From NCBI GenBank assembly GCA_023230105.1, contig JALNXY010000002.1:129181-193180 (forward strand): 64,000 nucleotides of DNA, in the 5' to 3' direction. The notes below the pieces were generated by a model. It made no database searches and was not told the origin of the DNA. It worked only from the letters and a program-made list of their open reading frames with translations. The position numbers and the translations under genes are program-made. Positions 8,660 through 17,392 of the stretch are shown here, in pieces (position 1 is the first letter of the stretch; the number at the start of each line of letters is the position of its first letter). This stretch comes from Verrucomicrobiota bacterium (lineage in GTDB: Bacteria > Verrucomicrobiota > Verrucomicrobiia > Limisphaerales > UBA1412).

Positions 8660-10615
8660 ATGAAAAAAATCGGTCTATTATCCATGGCGGCCTCGCTTCT
8701 TCTGACGGCTGTTCCTGCTCAGGCGGACCTAGTCCCCGAAACCTTCCTTCCTGAGAATACACTGGCACTCTTATCTATCCGGAATGCCGAGCGCGACCTT
8801 TTTGCCTTCAAGGGTTCTCCGATGGGACTTCTCCTCAAGGACCCGGCCATGCAACCCTTCACAGATTACGTTGCCAATATGCTGCGCGAGCCTATTGAAA
8901 AAATCCAAAGCACTCTGGAAGGCAAGGAAATCAGCCTCAGTAAATACAAGGACCTCCTGGGCGGCGGCTTGGCCGTTGCTCTTCTGGCGACCGTGAGCGA
9001 CCCTTGCGACACCAATATCAGCCAGATTTTCTCCCATAAAGGCGTTGGGATAGATTGGCAACCTCTGGTTCTTATCGAGATTAACGCCGATCTCCCAACG
9101 GCTCAGGCGAACCTTGACGAGCTGAAAGCCAAAATCCTTGAGCTTTCCGGTCAGAAACCCCTCTTCCAAACGCAAAAATTTGGCGAACTCGAGTTCACGT
9201 CCATGGATGTCCCGAACCATGGCGAGCCGGCACAGGTATGGTTCGGCTTAGTCCCTCAGTCTTCGGATTCTCTTTGCCTGGCCGTCACACTCTTCCGTTC
9301 AGGCCTGCCCGGGGATATCGAGAAGACAAAAGCCGTCCTCACGGCGCTGTCCCTGAATAACCAGAAGGCACCTCTCTCAGAATCGGCTTCGTTTCGTCAA
9401 CAAGCTGCCATCAAGCCCGAGAGGAATTGTTTCTTTCTCAATAGCGCACTGCTGGTAGATGGAGCCAAAAAAATCGTTTTGAAGTACGATAGCGAATACA
9501 GAGCGCCCGAAAACGTAATGGAGGCTATGTTTGCTCCCGGCCGCCCCATGACCATCTTTGACGCACTGGGATTGGAAGCCTTCAAATCCTACGGCCTCAG
9601 CTGGTGGATGGAGCCCAACGGCGATGTCTGGACCGAGCAGTCACTGGTTTGCCCCGAGGCTGACCGCAGAGGTCTTTCGGGTATCCTGAATGGGCTCAGA
9701 ACAGCCGATTGCTCTCCGCTGCCTCAAGCGTCGGCCGACAGTATGAGCTTCGCGCGAATGCAGCTGGATATTCCCGCTCTCTGGAAAAATTTCGATGTCG
9801 CCTCGTCCCGAATCGCAGGTGGAATCAAGGGCATGGCAATGGGCACTGTAAACGCCTTTTTAGCGATGGACCCGGAGATCAACGTTCAGAAAAACGTGAT
9901 GGATAACTTGACTGGTGAGATCGTTGTCATGAAAAACCCGGTGAAACTTGCTGAGAATAACCAACCCTACAGTGAACAGGTCGTCCTGCTCGGAGCCAAA
10001 GACCCACAGGCATTCGGCTCCACCATCTATAGTATCTTTCGTCTCATCTACAAGGGCAAGGAGGTTCCGACTCTCGAAGAAAAAGAGGTCTCCGGCCTCA
10101 AATATTATTCGTTACCTATGAACAAGTTGATAAGCCAGGCGAACTCAAACGATGTGACAATAAACGGTGTCATGGGCTCCCATTTCCAGGTTCAGATGCC
10201 TGATTTGAACTTTGCGCTGCTCGATGGCTATGTCCTGATCGCAACGCATGAGAACGCGGTTAAGCGCTTTGTATCCACCCTGCCCGCTGATAGCCTGGCA
10301 ACCAAAGAGGGAATCGCCTCCGCCGTCGAAATGGTTGGCGGCGCAAACGCATCGGTCTTCAATTATATAGATGATGAGGCTTCTCTGGAAGCGCTGCAAC
10401 TGGTCTGGAGGACGGTCATCGCCCCCAATTTGAAGAACAACCCCGATGTGCCTCCTCAACTGCTCGAAGGGCTGGAGCTCTTCCCCGATATCTCCGAAGT
10501 CAAAAAATATTGGGGCATCAGCGTTGGCGCATTACATCTCTCCCCTGAGGGGTTGCACATGAAATCTTGCAGACCCTGGCCAAAGGGATTGACACTCACC
10601 CCTGAAGAGAGATAA
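8660..10615 (+). CDS. Secreted protein of unknown function, paralogue 1 of a tandem family
   Basis: 651 aa. Signal peptide MKKIGLLSMAASLLLTAVPAQA. Shares PETFLPENTLALLSIRN...SPMGLLLKDPAMQPF, LVCPEADRRGL...DCSP and a C-terminal PWPKGL with the two downstream ORFs. Confidence 0.8.
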   Translation: MKKIGLLSMAASLLLTAVPAQADLVPETFLPENTLALLSIRNAERDLFAFKGSPMGLLLKDPAMQPFTDYVANMLREPIEKIQSTLEGKEISLSKYKDLLGGGLAVALLATVSDPCDTNISQIFSHKGVGIDWQPLVLIEINADLPTAQANLDELKAKILELSGQKPLFQTQKFGELEFTSMDVPNHGEPAQVWFGLVPQSSDSLCLAVTLFRSGLPGDIEKTKAVLTALSLNNQKAPLSESASFRQQAAIKPERNCFFLNSALLVDGAKKIVLKYDSEYRAPENVMEAMFAPGRPMTIFDALGLEAFKSYGLSWWMEPNGDVWTEQSLVCPEADRRGLSGILNGLRTADCSPLPQASADSMSFARMQLDIPALWKNFDVASSRIAGGIKGMAMGTVNAFLAMDPEINVQKNVMDNLTGEIVVMKNPVKLAENNQPYSEQVVLLGAKDPQAFGSTIYSIFRLIYKGKEVPTLEEKEVSGLKYYSLPMNKLISQANSNDVTINGVMGSHFQVQMPDLNFALLDGYVLIATHENAVKRFVSTLPADSLATKEGIASAVEMVGGANASVFNYIDDEASLEALQLVWRTVIAPNLKNNPDVPPQLLEGLELFPDISEVKKYWGISVGALHLSPEGLHMKSCRPWPKGLTLTPEER

Positions 10616-10726
10616 TGAAACCATTGTTTGTGGAAAATAGCTCTCTTGTGATGATGATAAAAATCAGATTTATTTCGGGATCGAATACACAGACCTGAAC
10701 AAATAAGACAACACAGAATCAATCAT

Positions 10727-12553
10727 ATGAAAAAAGCAGTCCTAGTGACATCTATCGCCGCGGTATCACTTTCCGTGACGTTGAATATGGGCGCCGCCAT
10801 AGCGCCAGAAACCATTCTGCCGGAAAGCACTCTTGCGGTCCTCACGGTGCGTGACCTCCAGAAAGAACAAGCAGAATTTCAAGCATCGGCCATGGGGCTT
10901 CTCCTCAAGGACCCGGCCATGCAGCCCTTCTGCGAATATGTCAGCGGACATATGACCGAAGCCATCAAAGGCCTTAACGAAGAGCTCGGCAAAAAGAATA
11001 TTAAGCTCTCGGATTATAAAGATATTCTAAACGGCGGCGCAGCCTTTGCATTAACCTCGGTAAAACTCACTCTGAGTGATTCCGATGTGGAAGATGTGTC
11101 CGCGCTACCCTTACTCATGGCCGAAATCAATGGAGGCAGTGAGAAACTCAAAGCGACGCTCGACGACCTTCAGGCCAAGCTGGAAATGACTTTCAGCTCC
11201 GAAGAAATCGCCGGAAATGAATTTCGCCGGATTACCGGTACTAACGACGATGACGATGACGTGATCCTCTGGGTTGGCGCCAGCGGCTCAATCCTCTACG
11301 TGACCGCGTCTCAAAACAGCGAAGAGGACATGTCTTACACCCGTGAGCATTTGGGCAAGATCCTCAGTAAAACCACCGGAGAGAAACTCCTCGCTGAGTC
11401 CGATCTCTTTACAAAGCATACGCGCATCACTCCCGATCGCAATTATGCCTGGGTAAACCTTGACACTATCACTCAAAATGCCAAAGCGTTGGTGGCTCTC
11501 AAGGATAAGGCGTATGTTCAGCCCGCAGACCTCATGGAAGCCATGATGTCGCTGCCCCGGCCGATGGTTATCTATAACGCTCTGGGGCTGGGGGCTCTGA
11601 AATCCTGGAGCATGACCTGCTGGAGTGAAAACGGCAATGAGTGGTTTGCCTGTAATTTGGTCTGCCCGCAAAATGAACGCAGAGGCCTGACCTCCCTACT
11701 GGATGCCTATGTTACGAGCGATTGCGGCCCCACCGAAAGCATTCCCGCCAGTGTCATGAGCTTTTCGAAATCTCAGGTCGATATGAAGAAAATCTGGGAG
11801 ACGATTGACTCGGTCACAACTGAAGCGACCGGAGGTTTCAAAGCCATGATGTTGAGCGGTATTCAACAGGCTCTGGCCAACGCTCCCAAGAAGATCGACC
11901 TCACTGCCGACGTCTTGGATAACCTCACCGGAGAAATAGTAACTGTCTCCTTCACCGCTCCGGCCGGCTCGGTGGACTCCAGCAAAATCTCTGAAAACCT
12001 GGATCCCGAGGTTATCAAAAACCTTATGGGCAGCGTCTACATTCTGGGCGTGAAGGATGAAGATCGCTTTATGTCCGCCGTCGAAGGTGTAATCGATGTG
12101 ATGAATCCCGGCATTATGGAAGCAGCCATGGAATTTATCAAGAAGACCGATGGCTATGTCGCTATAGTCTCAGGCGGCAAGGATATCCCGGCTCTGCAGG
12201 CTTTCCTGAAAGCTGAAGGAAAACCGCAGGAGAAGAGCCTGGCCAAATGCAAGGCGCTCCAGGATGCCGCTGCCAAAATCGGTGGTTTCCAGGGTTCTGG
12301 TTTCGGTTACTCCAACAATAAGCAGGCATTGGCTTTTCTCTACAACATGTGGCCTCTTATTGCCCCCGCATTAAAATCCTCAGAGGATATTCCTGAGGAG
12401 GTTTTCATCGCTTTCGAGAAGCTCCCCGATTTCCAGGTGATCGAAAAGTATCTGGGTATCGGCGCTACTAAAGGCCAGTTGACCCCGGATGGATTGGAAT
12501 CCGTCGGTTATTATCCCTGGCCCGAAGGACTTGAGAAACCGTTAGCTCCCTAG
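10727..12553 (+). CDS. Secreted protein of unknown function, paralogue 2
   Basis: 608 aa, signal peptide, same motif set (PETILPESTLAVLTVRD, LLKDPAMQPF, LVCPQNERRGL...DCGP, YYPWPEGLEKPLAP). No terminator between paralogues 1 and 2. Confidence 0.8.
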   Translation: MKKAVLVTSIAAVSLSVTLNMGAAIAPETILPESTLAVLTVRDLQKEQAEFQASAMGLLLKDPAMQPFCEYVSGHMTEAIKGLNEELGKKNIKLSDYKDILNGGAAFALTSVKLTLSDSDVEDVSALPLLMAEINGGSEKLKATLDDLQAKLEMTFSSEEIAGNEFRRITGTNDDDDDVILWVGASGSILYVTASQNSEEDMSYTREHLGKILSKTTGEKLLAESDLFTKHTRITPDRNYAWVNLDTITQNAKALVALKDKAYVQPADLMEAMMSLPRPMVIYNALGLGALKSWSMTCWSENGNEWFACNLVCPQNERRGLTSLLDAYVTSDCGPTESIPASVMSFSKSQVDMKKIWETIDSVTTEATGGFKAMMLSGIQQALANAPKKIDLTADVLDNLTGEIVTVSFTAPAGSVDSSKISENLDPEVIKNLMGSVYILGVKDEDRFMSAVEGVIDVMNPGIMEAAMEFIKKTDGYVAIVSGGKDIPALQAFLKAEGKPQEKSLAKCKALQDAAAKIGGFQGSGFGYSNNKQALAFLYNMWPLIAPALKSSEDIPEEVFIAFEKLPDFQVIEKYLGIGATKGQLTPDGLESVGYYPWPEGLEKPLAP

Positions 12554-12589
12554 TATCGTTTTCTCTGCTCAAATACCAAAATAGCACTT

Positions 12590-12625
12590 CCCCCCTTTCT
12601 GTTTCAGGAAGGGGGGCTTTTATTT
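12590..12625 (+). terminator. Rho-independent terminator after paralogue 2
   Basis: CCCCCCTT-loop-AAGGGGGG stem followed by CTTTTATTT. The same structure is duplicated after paralogue 3. Confidence 0.75.
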
Positions 12626-12717
12626 GCCTTCAATGAGCGCTCCAGCAAATATGTATTCATAGCTACCGAGAAATCCTCCTCTTCTATTGTCATCCGGCTA
12701 ATATTTCCTCCTAAAGG

Positions 12718-12802
12718 CTGATAAATAATTCACACAAAAAAACACACCGGCGGTTCTTAAGGGGTGTATTTTGCGGCGATGCAAGCCGCTTCCAGGCGTA
12801 TA
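12718..12802 (+). promoter_or_regulatory. Copy B of the sigma-upstream segment, now placed upstream of paralogue 3
   Basis: Aligns base for base with 7418..7500 (about 88 % identical by eye), including AATTCACACAAAAAAACACACCGGCGGTTC and GCCGCTTCC. Confidence 0.5.
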
Positions 12803-12810
12803 CGAACTTT

Positions 12811-12969
12811 TGCTTTCCCCTGCCAGAGGGATTGACAGTCACTTCTGAAGGGTGATGGTGGGGTTATTGTTCGTGAAAAGTATCTCTCCGGTGATGAGGG
12901 TAGAGATCGGATTTATTTCGGGGTCCAATAGAGAGACCTGAACAAAATAGAAAACATAGAATCAAGCAT
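12811..12969 (+). repeat. Relic of the paralogue-1 3' end plus the paralogue-1/2 intergenic leader (duplicate of ~10568..10726)
   Basis: CCCTGCCAGAGGGATTGACAGTCACTTCTGAAGGGTGATGG aligns with CCCTGGCCAAAGGGATTGACACTCACCCCTGAAGAGAGATAATG (end of paralogue 1), with a 1-nt deletion and loss of the stop. The following ~110 nt align with the leader of paralogue 2 up to the ATG. Confidence 0.8.
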
Positions 12970-14793
12970 ATGAACAAAGCAGTCCTAGTGGCAACTATCG
13001 CCGCGGTTTCACTTTCCGTGACGTTGAATATGGGCGCCGCCATAGCACCGGAAACCATTCTGCCGGAAAGCACTCTTGCAGTCCTCACGGTGCGCGACCT
13101 CCAGAAAACACATGCAGAATTCCAAGCATCGGCCATGGGTCGACTCTTCAAGGACCCGGCCATGAAGCCCTTCTGCGAATATGTCGGCGAGCAGATCACC
13201 AACGCATTCAACAGCCTCAACGATGAACTCGGCAAAAAGAACATTAAGCTCTCGGATTATAAAGATATTCTAAATGGCGGCGCAGCCTTTGCATTAACCT
13301 CGGTTAAACTCATTGTGAGTGATTCCACGGTGGAAGATGTATCCGCTCTCCCGCTCTTCATGGCCGAAATCAATGGAGGCAGTGAAAAACTCAAAGTGAC
13401 GCTCGACGACCTCCAGACCAAGCTGGAGACCACTTTCAGTGCCGAAGACATTGCCGGCAATGAATTTCGCCGGATTTCCGGGACCAACGACGATGACGTT
13501 ACCCTCTGGATCGGGGCCAGCGGCTCAATCCTCTACGTGGCTGCTTCTCAAAACAGTGATGAAGACCTCACTTACACTCGGGAACAATTGGGCAAAATTC
13601 TAAGTAAGTCCACCGGTGAGAAACTCCTTGCCGATTCCGACAATTTCAAAAAACATACCCAAATTACGACCGACCGCAATTATGCATGGTTAAACTTTGA
13701 GACTATCTTCAAGAACGTCAAAGAAATCGTAGTCCTCAAAGATAAAGAGTATGTCCAACCCACAGACACCATGGAAGCCATGATGGCCCCGCCGCGGCCG
13801 CTGGTTATTTACAATACTTTGGGACTGGACGCCCTGAAATCCTGGAGTTTCACCAGCCGGAACGAGAATGACGGAATCTACAGCTACTCGACGCTCCTTT
13901 GCCCGGCCAATGAACGGCGCGGCATCACGGCCTTAATAGACACTCTGGAAACGACCGATTGCAGCCCCGCCGAATTCATTCCCGCAGACCCCATGAGCTA
14001 TGTCAAATTCAAGGTTAATTTCAGTAAATTCTGGGACATTTTCGATTCCACTACGACGGAGGCCGTGGGCGGTATGAAAATGATGATTTTTTCCAGTATG
14101 GAAGAACAACTCAAAGCCAATCCCACCGAAATTAACCTGCGGAAAGATCTCCTGGAGAACCTTACCGGGGAAGTGATCGTTCTCTCCTATCCGGATTACA
14201 TTGATGTAAAAAATAATTCAACTCCTGATGAACCCAGCTTCGATATTCAGAGCAAAAAAGGCACTATTATTCTCCTGGGCACTAAGGATACTGATAAATT
14301 TACCTCCACCGCAGAGGCACTGTTCAACATCCTCAATCCCGAAATGAGCGGAGAATTCATGAAGTTCTTCCACAAAATGGATGGCTATGTCGTCCTTGCA
14401 CACGACAGTGAGGAACTTCCCCAGGTCAAAGCTTTTCTGGAAGCTAAGGGCAAAGCTCAGGAAAATAGCCTGGCCAAGAGCCCTGCCTTCCGGGATGCCG
14501 CAGCCAAAATCGGTGGTTTTGAAGCAGCTGAATTTGGCTACCTCAATACCAAAGCTTTTGTAAGCAACCTCTATACCTTGTGGGACAAGTTTAGACCCAT
14601 AGTTATAGCCAATCAGAAGAACAGCGGTATTCCCGAAGAACTTACCACCGCTCTGGAGAAACTCCCCGCCTGGTCTGACATCGAGAAATATTTCGGTATC
14701 TCCGTAAATAATGTGAAGGTCACTCCCGAAGGAATCGAATCCATGGTCTACGATCCCTGGCCCGAAGGACTTGAGAAACCGGTAGCTCCCTAG
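12970..14793 (+). CDS. Secreted protein of unknown function, paralogue 3
   Basis: 607 aa. The N-terminal ~250 aa are very similar to paralogue 2, the centre is much more divergent, and the C-terminus is YDPWPEGLEKPVAP. Confidence 0.8.
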   Translation: MNKAVLVATIAAVSLSVTLNMGAAIAPETILPESTLAVLTVRDLQKTHAEFQASAMGRLFKDPAMKPFCEYVGEQITNAFNSLNDELGKKNIKLSDYKDILNGGAAFALTSVKLIVSDSTVEDVSALPLFMAEINGGSEKLKVTLDDLQTKLETTFSAEDIAGNEFRRISGTNDDDVTLWIGASGSILYVAASQNSDEDLTYTREQLGKILSKSTGEKLLADSDNFKKHTQITTDRNYAWLNFETIFKNVKEIVVLKDKEYVQPTDTMEAMMAPPRPLVIYNTLGLDALKSWSFTSRNENDGIYSYSTLLCPANERRGITALIDTLETTDCSPAEFIPADPMSYVKFKVNFSKFWDIFDSTTTEAVGGMKMMIFSSMEEQLKANPTEINLRKDLLENLTGEVIVLSYPDYIDVKNNSTPDEPSFDIQSKKGTIILLGTKDTDKFTSTAEALFNILNPEMSGEFMKFFHKMDGYVVLAHDSEELPQVKAFLEAKGKAQENSLAKSPAFRDAAAKIGGFEAAEFGYLNTKAFVSNLYTLWDKFRPIVIANQKNSGIPEELTTALEKLPAWSDIEKYFGISVNNVKVTPEGIESMVYDPWPEGLEKPVAP

Positions 14794-14828
14794 TATCGTT
14801 TTCTCTGCTCAAAAACAAAATAGCACTC

Positions 14829-14866
14829 GCCCCCTTTCTGTTTCAGGAAGGGGGCTTTTCTTTTTT
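14829..14866 (+). terminator. Rho-independent terminator after paralogue 3
   Basis: GCCCCCTT-loop-AAGGGGGC then CTTTTCTTTTTT. Duplicate of the terminator at 12590. Confidence 0.75.
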
Positions 14867-14971
14867 GCCTTCAATGAGTGCTTGTTCAGAAAAGCAAGCG
14901 CATTTAGAATGGAAGGGCAAAGGATGATTGATCTGCATTCACCCTGAAGCGAAAAAAAATTTAATCTGATC

Positions 14972-16033
14972 ATGAGCGAAAATAAAATAGTCCTGGTAAC
15001 GGGTGTGGCGGGGTTTATCGCCTCCAAAACAGCAGAGCTGCTTCTTGAGCAGGGATGGACCGTCGTGGGAGTCGATAATATGAATGACTATTACGATGTT
15101 CGCCTGAAGGATTATCGCCTCAGCCGGCTTTTGGGCAATGAGCGTTACCTGCAAAATAAGGATGCAGGCCGGAGCCTTTATATCGGAGCCGGAGCCGCCG
15201 CTAAAGAAACCGGAGCCGGGGGCAAATTCATTTTCTACCCGCTGGATATTGAGAACCGTTCCGATCTCGAAAAGCTTTTCTCCGAGTACCCGTTCGATAC
15301 GGTCCTCAACTTGGCAGCACGAGCCGGAGTCCGCTACTCCATGGAAAACCCCTTCGTCTACATGACCACCAATGCCATGGGGACTCTGAACATCATCGAT
15401 TGCATGCGCAGGCACGGCGTGAAAAAGCATGTCATGGCCTCCACCTCTTCCCTCTATGCCGGCCAGAAGATGCCCTTTGTCGAGACGCTCCCGGTCAATA
15501 CGCCGCTGAGCCCCTATGCAGCCAGCAAGAAAGCGGCCGAGCTCATGGCCTATTCTTACCATAAACTCTACGGGTTGGATTCCACCATCGTCCGCTATTT
15601 CACGGTCTTTGGTCCGGCCGGCAGACCGGATATGTCCATCTTCCGATTCATCAAGTGGATTATGGACGGCAAACCGATTGAGCTCTTCGGCGACGGCTCC
15701 CAGTCCCGCGATTTCACCTATGTCGAGGATATCGCCCGGGGCACCATCGCCGCCATGAAGCCCGTCGGCTATGAGATCGTGAATTTGGGCGGCGGCCGCA
15801 ATCCCATCACCCTCAACGCGGTCATTCAATTTATTGAAAACGCATTGGGCAAAAAGGCTCAGATTCAATACAAACCTTTCCATATTGCCGATATCGCCGA
15901 AACCTGGGCCGATATCACCAAGGCCGGTCAGCTCCTGGGCTGGCAGCCGAAAGTCTCCCCGGAAGAAGGTTTTCAAAAATCGGTGGATTGGGCCCTGGAA
16001 CACGCCGATTGGCTAAAAGACATTAAACTCTGA
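14972..16033 (+). CDS. NAD-dependent nucleotide-sugar epimerase/dehydratase (UDP-glucuronate 4-epimerase-like SDR)
   Basis: 353 aa. VLVTGVAGFIAS Rossmann motif, DNMNDYYD, SPYAASKKAAE (YxxxK). Carries a roughly 25-aa Gly/Ala-rich insertion (RYLQNKDAGRSLYIGAGAAAKETGAGG) after the second beta-alpha unit. Confidence 0.85.
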   Translation: MSENKIVLVTGVAGFIASKTAELLLEQGWTVVGVDNMNDYYDVRLKDYRLSRLLGNERYLQNKDAGRSLYIGAGAAAKETGAGGKFIFYPLDIENRSDLEKLFSEYPFDTVLNLAARAGVRYSMENPFVYMTTNAMGTLNIIDCMRRHGVKKHVMASTSSLYAGQKMPFVETLPVNTPLSPYAASKKAAELMAYSYHKLYGLDSTIVRYFTVFGPAGRPDMSIFRFIKWIMDGKPIELFGDGSQSRDFTYVEDIARGTIAAMKPVGYEIVNLGGGRNPITLNAVIQFIENALGKKAQIQYKPFHIADIAETWADITKAGQLLGWQPKVSPEEGFQKSVDWALEHADWLKDIKL

Positions 16034-16040
16034 GTCTGCC

Positions 16041-16709
16041 ATGCGTCTACCCCGCCACGGAGTCCGGCAAATGACAAGGAAGCTTCGCGGGTTTTCGTTA
16101 ATCGAAACTCTCATCGGAGTCGTCATTGTGGGGATTTGCGTTTTGGCGGTGACCGGCGGCATCAATTTTTGTCTGGCTACTATGCAATCCAGCCGCCAGT
16201 GGGCCCGCTCCACGGATATCCTCCTGGATATGGCTGAGCGATTGAGCCTCGTGCGCTGGGAGGTAATTGAGGCCGAGACTTTCCCCAAAGAATTCACCGC
16301 TCTGCTTTATCCCGAGCTCTCGGCGGCAAATACGAACCAACCTGCCAACTCCGCAGCTGCGGGAGAAAGCCCGAACAGCAATCAAAAGCCGCAGGGTGCA
16401 GTCCCCTTCGCCCCGGGCTCCCAAACCGATGAAGCCGAGAGAATCAACACCGTTTTCAGCGGCTTTATCGAGCTGACACCTTTCCTGGGAACAAACAAAA
16501 TTGGCTATGATGATCACCTCCGCCACGCCTTGATTACGGTCACCTGGCAAAATAATAGCGGCAGGCCCCTCACCAATTCTCTGGAAGTGAATCTCTCCAA
16601 AAATAGCATTACCAGCTTTCAGGAGCATCCAGCCAAAACACCCCCGGCCGATCTGGAGTGGACCTCTGCCCCTGAAGTCATTGAATCTCTCAAGGAGGAA
16701 AAGGAATGA
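16041..16709 (+). CDS. Prepilin-type N-terminal cleavage/methylation domain protein (pseudopilin)
   Basis: 222 aa. GFSLIETLIGVVIVGICVLAV is the classic G/FxxxE prepilin peptidase motif plus hydrophobic helix. Confidence 0.8.
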   Translation: MRLPRHGVRQMTRKLRGFSLIETLIGVVIVGICVLAVTGGINFCLATMQSSRQWARSTDILLDMAERLSLVRWEVIEAETFPKEFTALLYPELSAANTNQPANSAAAGESPNSNQKPQGAVPFAPGSQTDEAERINTVFSGFIELTPFLGTNKIGYDDHLRHALITVTWQNNSGRPLTNSLEVNLSKNSITSFQEHPAKTPPADLEWTSAPEVIESLKEEKE

Positions 16710-17308
16710 ACCCGGCTCTCCCATCGCGTTCTTTGCGCCGCAGCTCTTCGGGAAGGAGCGGCTTCACACTCGTGGAGACGATCATGAGTATCGGCATTAT
16801 CGCGATCTTTCTCTCCGTCGTGTTGACGACTAATGTTATCGCCCAGCGCAGTTATATTCTCATCCGCGATCATGACGATCTGGCCCGCCAGATTCGCTCC
16901 GCAAAAATAGAGGTGGAAGAGGCGCTCCGCACTGCCGATATGGTTCTGGAGTCGGGCGAATCCCCGGCCTATCTCACGCTTCTCTGCGGAACCGGCGATT
17001 CAGCCACCAACGTGATCTCTTTCATCCACGACCCGGAACAGGAAACTTTCTTCAAAATCACGGAAAAAACCAACGTCACTCCTCTCCTCACTGATTGCGA
17101 GGAGATAAGCTTCAACCTCCTGCAACGCCAGTACGAACCGATCACGACCAATACGCCCGTTTTAAACCTGCCCCCTCTTCTACCCCTCACTCTGGGCAGC
17201 TGCCAGGCCGTGGAGTTTCACTGGCTCTGCCGCAAATACTGGGATGAAGAAAAGACCCGCCCCAGCGCAGAGCAATCAGGCCAGATTCTGGTTCGCCTGA
17301 GAAATTGA
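16706..17308 (+). CDS. Prepilin-type N-terminal cleavage/methylation domain protein (pseudopilin)
   Basis: 200 aa. GFTLVETIMSIGIIAIFLSVVL motif, ATGA overlap with the preceding pseudopilin gene. Confidence 0.8.
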   Translation: MNPALPSRSLRRSSSGRSGFTLVETIMSIGIIAIFLSVVLTTNVIAQRSYILIRDHDDLARQIRSAKIEVEEALRTADMVLESGESPAYLTLLCGTGDSATNVISFIHDPEQETFFKITEKTNVTPLLTDCEEISFNLLQRQYEPITTNTPVLNLPPLLPLTLGSCQAVEFHWLCRKYWDEEKTRPSAEQSGQILVRLRN

Positions 17309-17392
17309 TTTTCTGCTGCCATTCGCTTCAAAGAGAAAAGGCGCCAGATCCAAAAATCCGACGCCTTTCGTTTTTAAGAGGTTATCTTATTC

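Noticed and set aside
8660-14793. Paralogue family as a diversity-generating retroelement or phase-variable locus
   Set aside because: No reverse transcriptase, no template/variable repeat pair, no invertible-segment recombinase or flanking inverted repeats, and no long homopolymer or SSR in the 5' ends of the genes.
14939-16003. 354-aa minus-strand ORF
   Set aside because: Antisense to the well-supported NAD-dependent epimerase (14972..16033). No motifs and a skewed composition.
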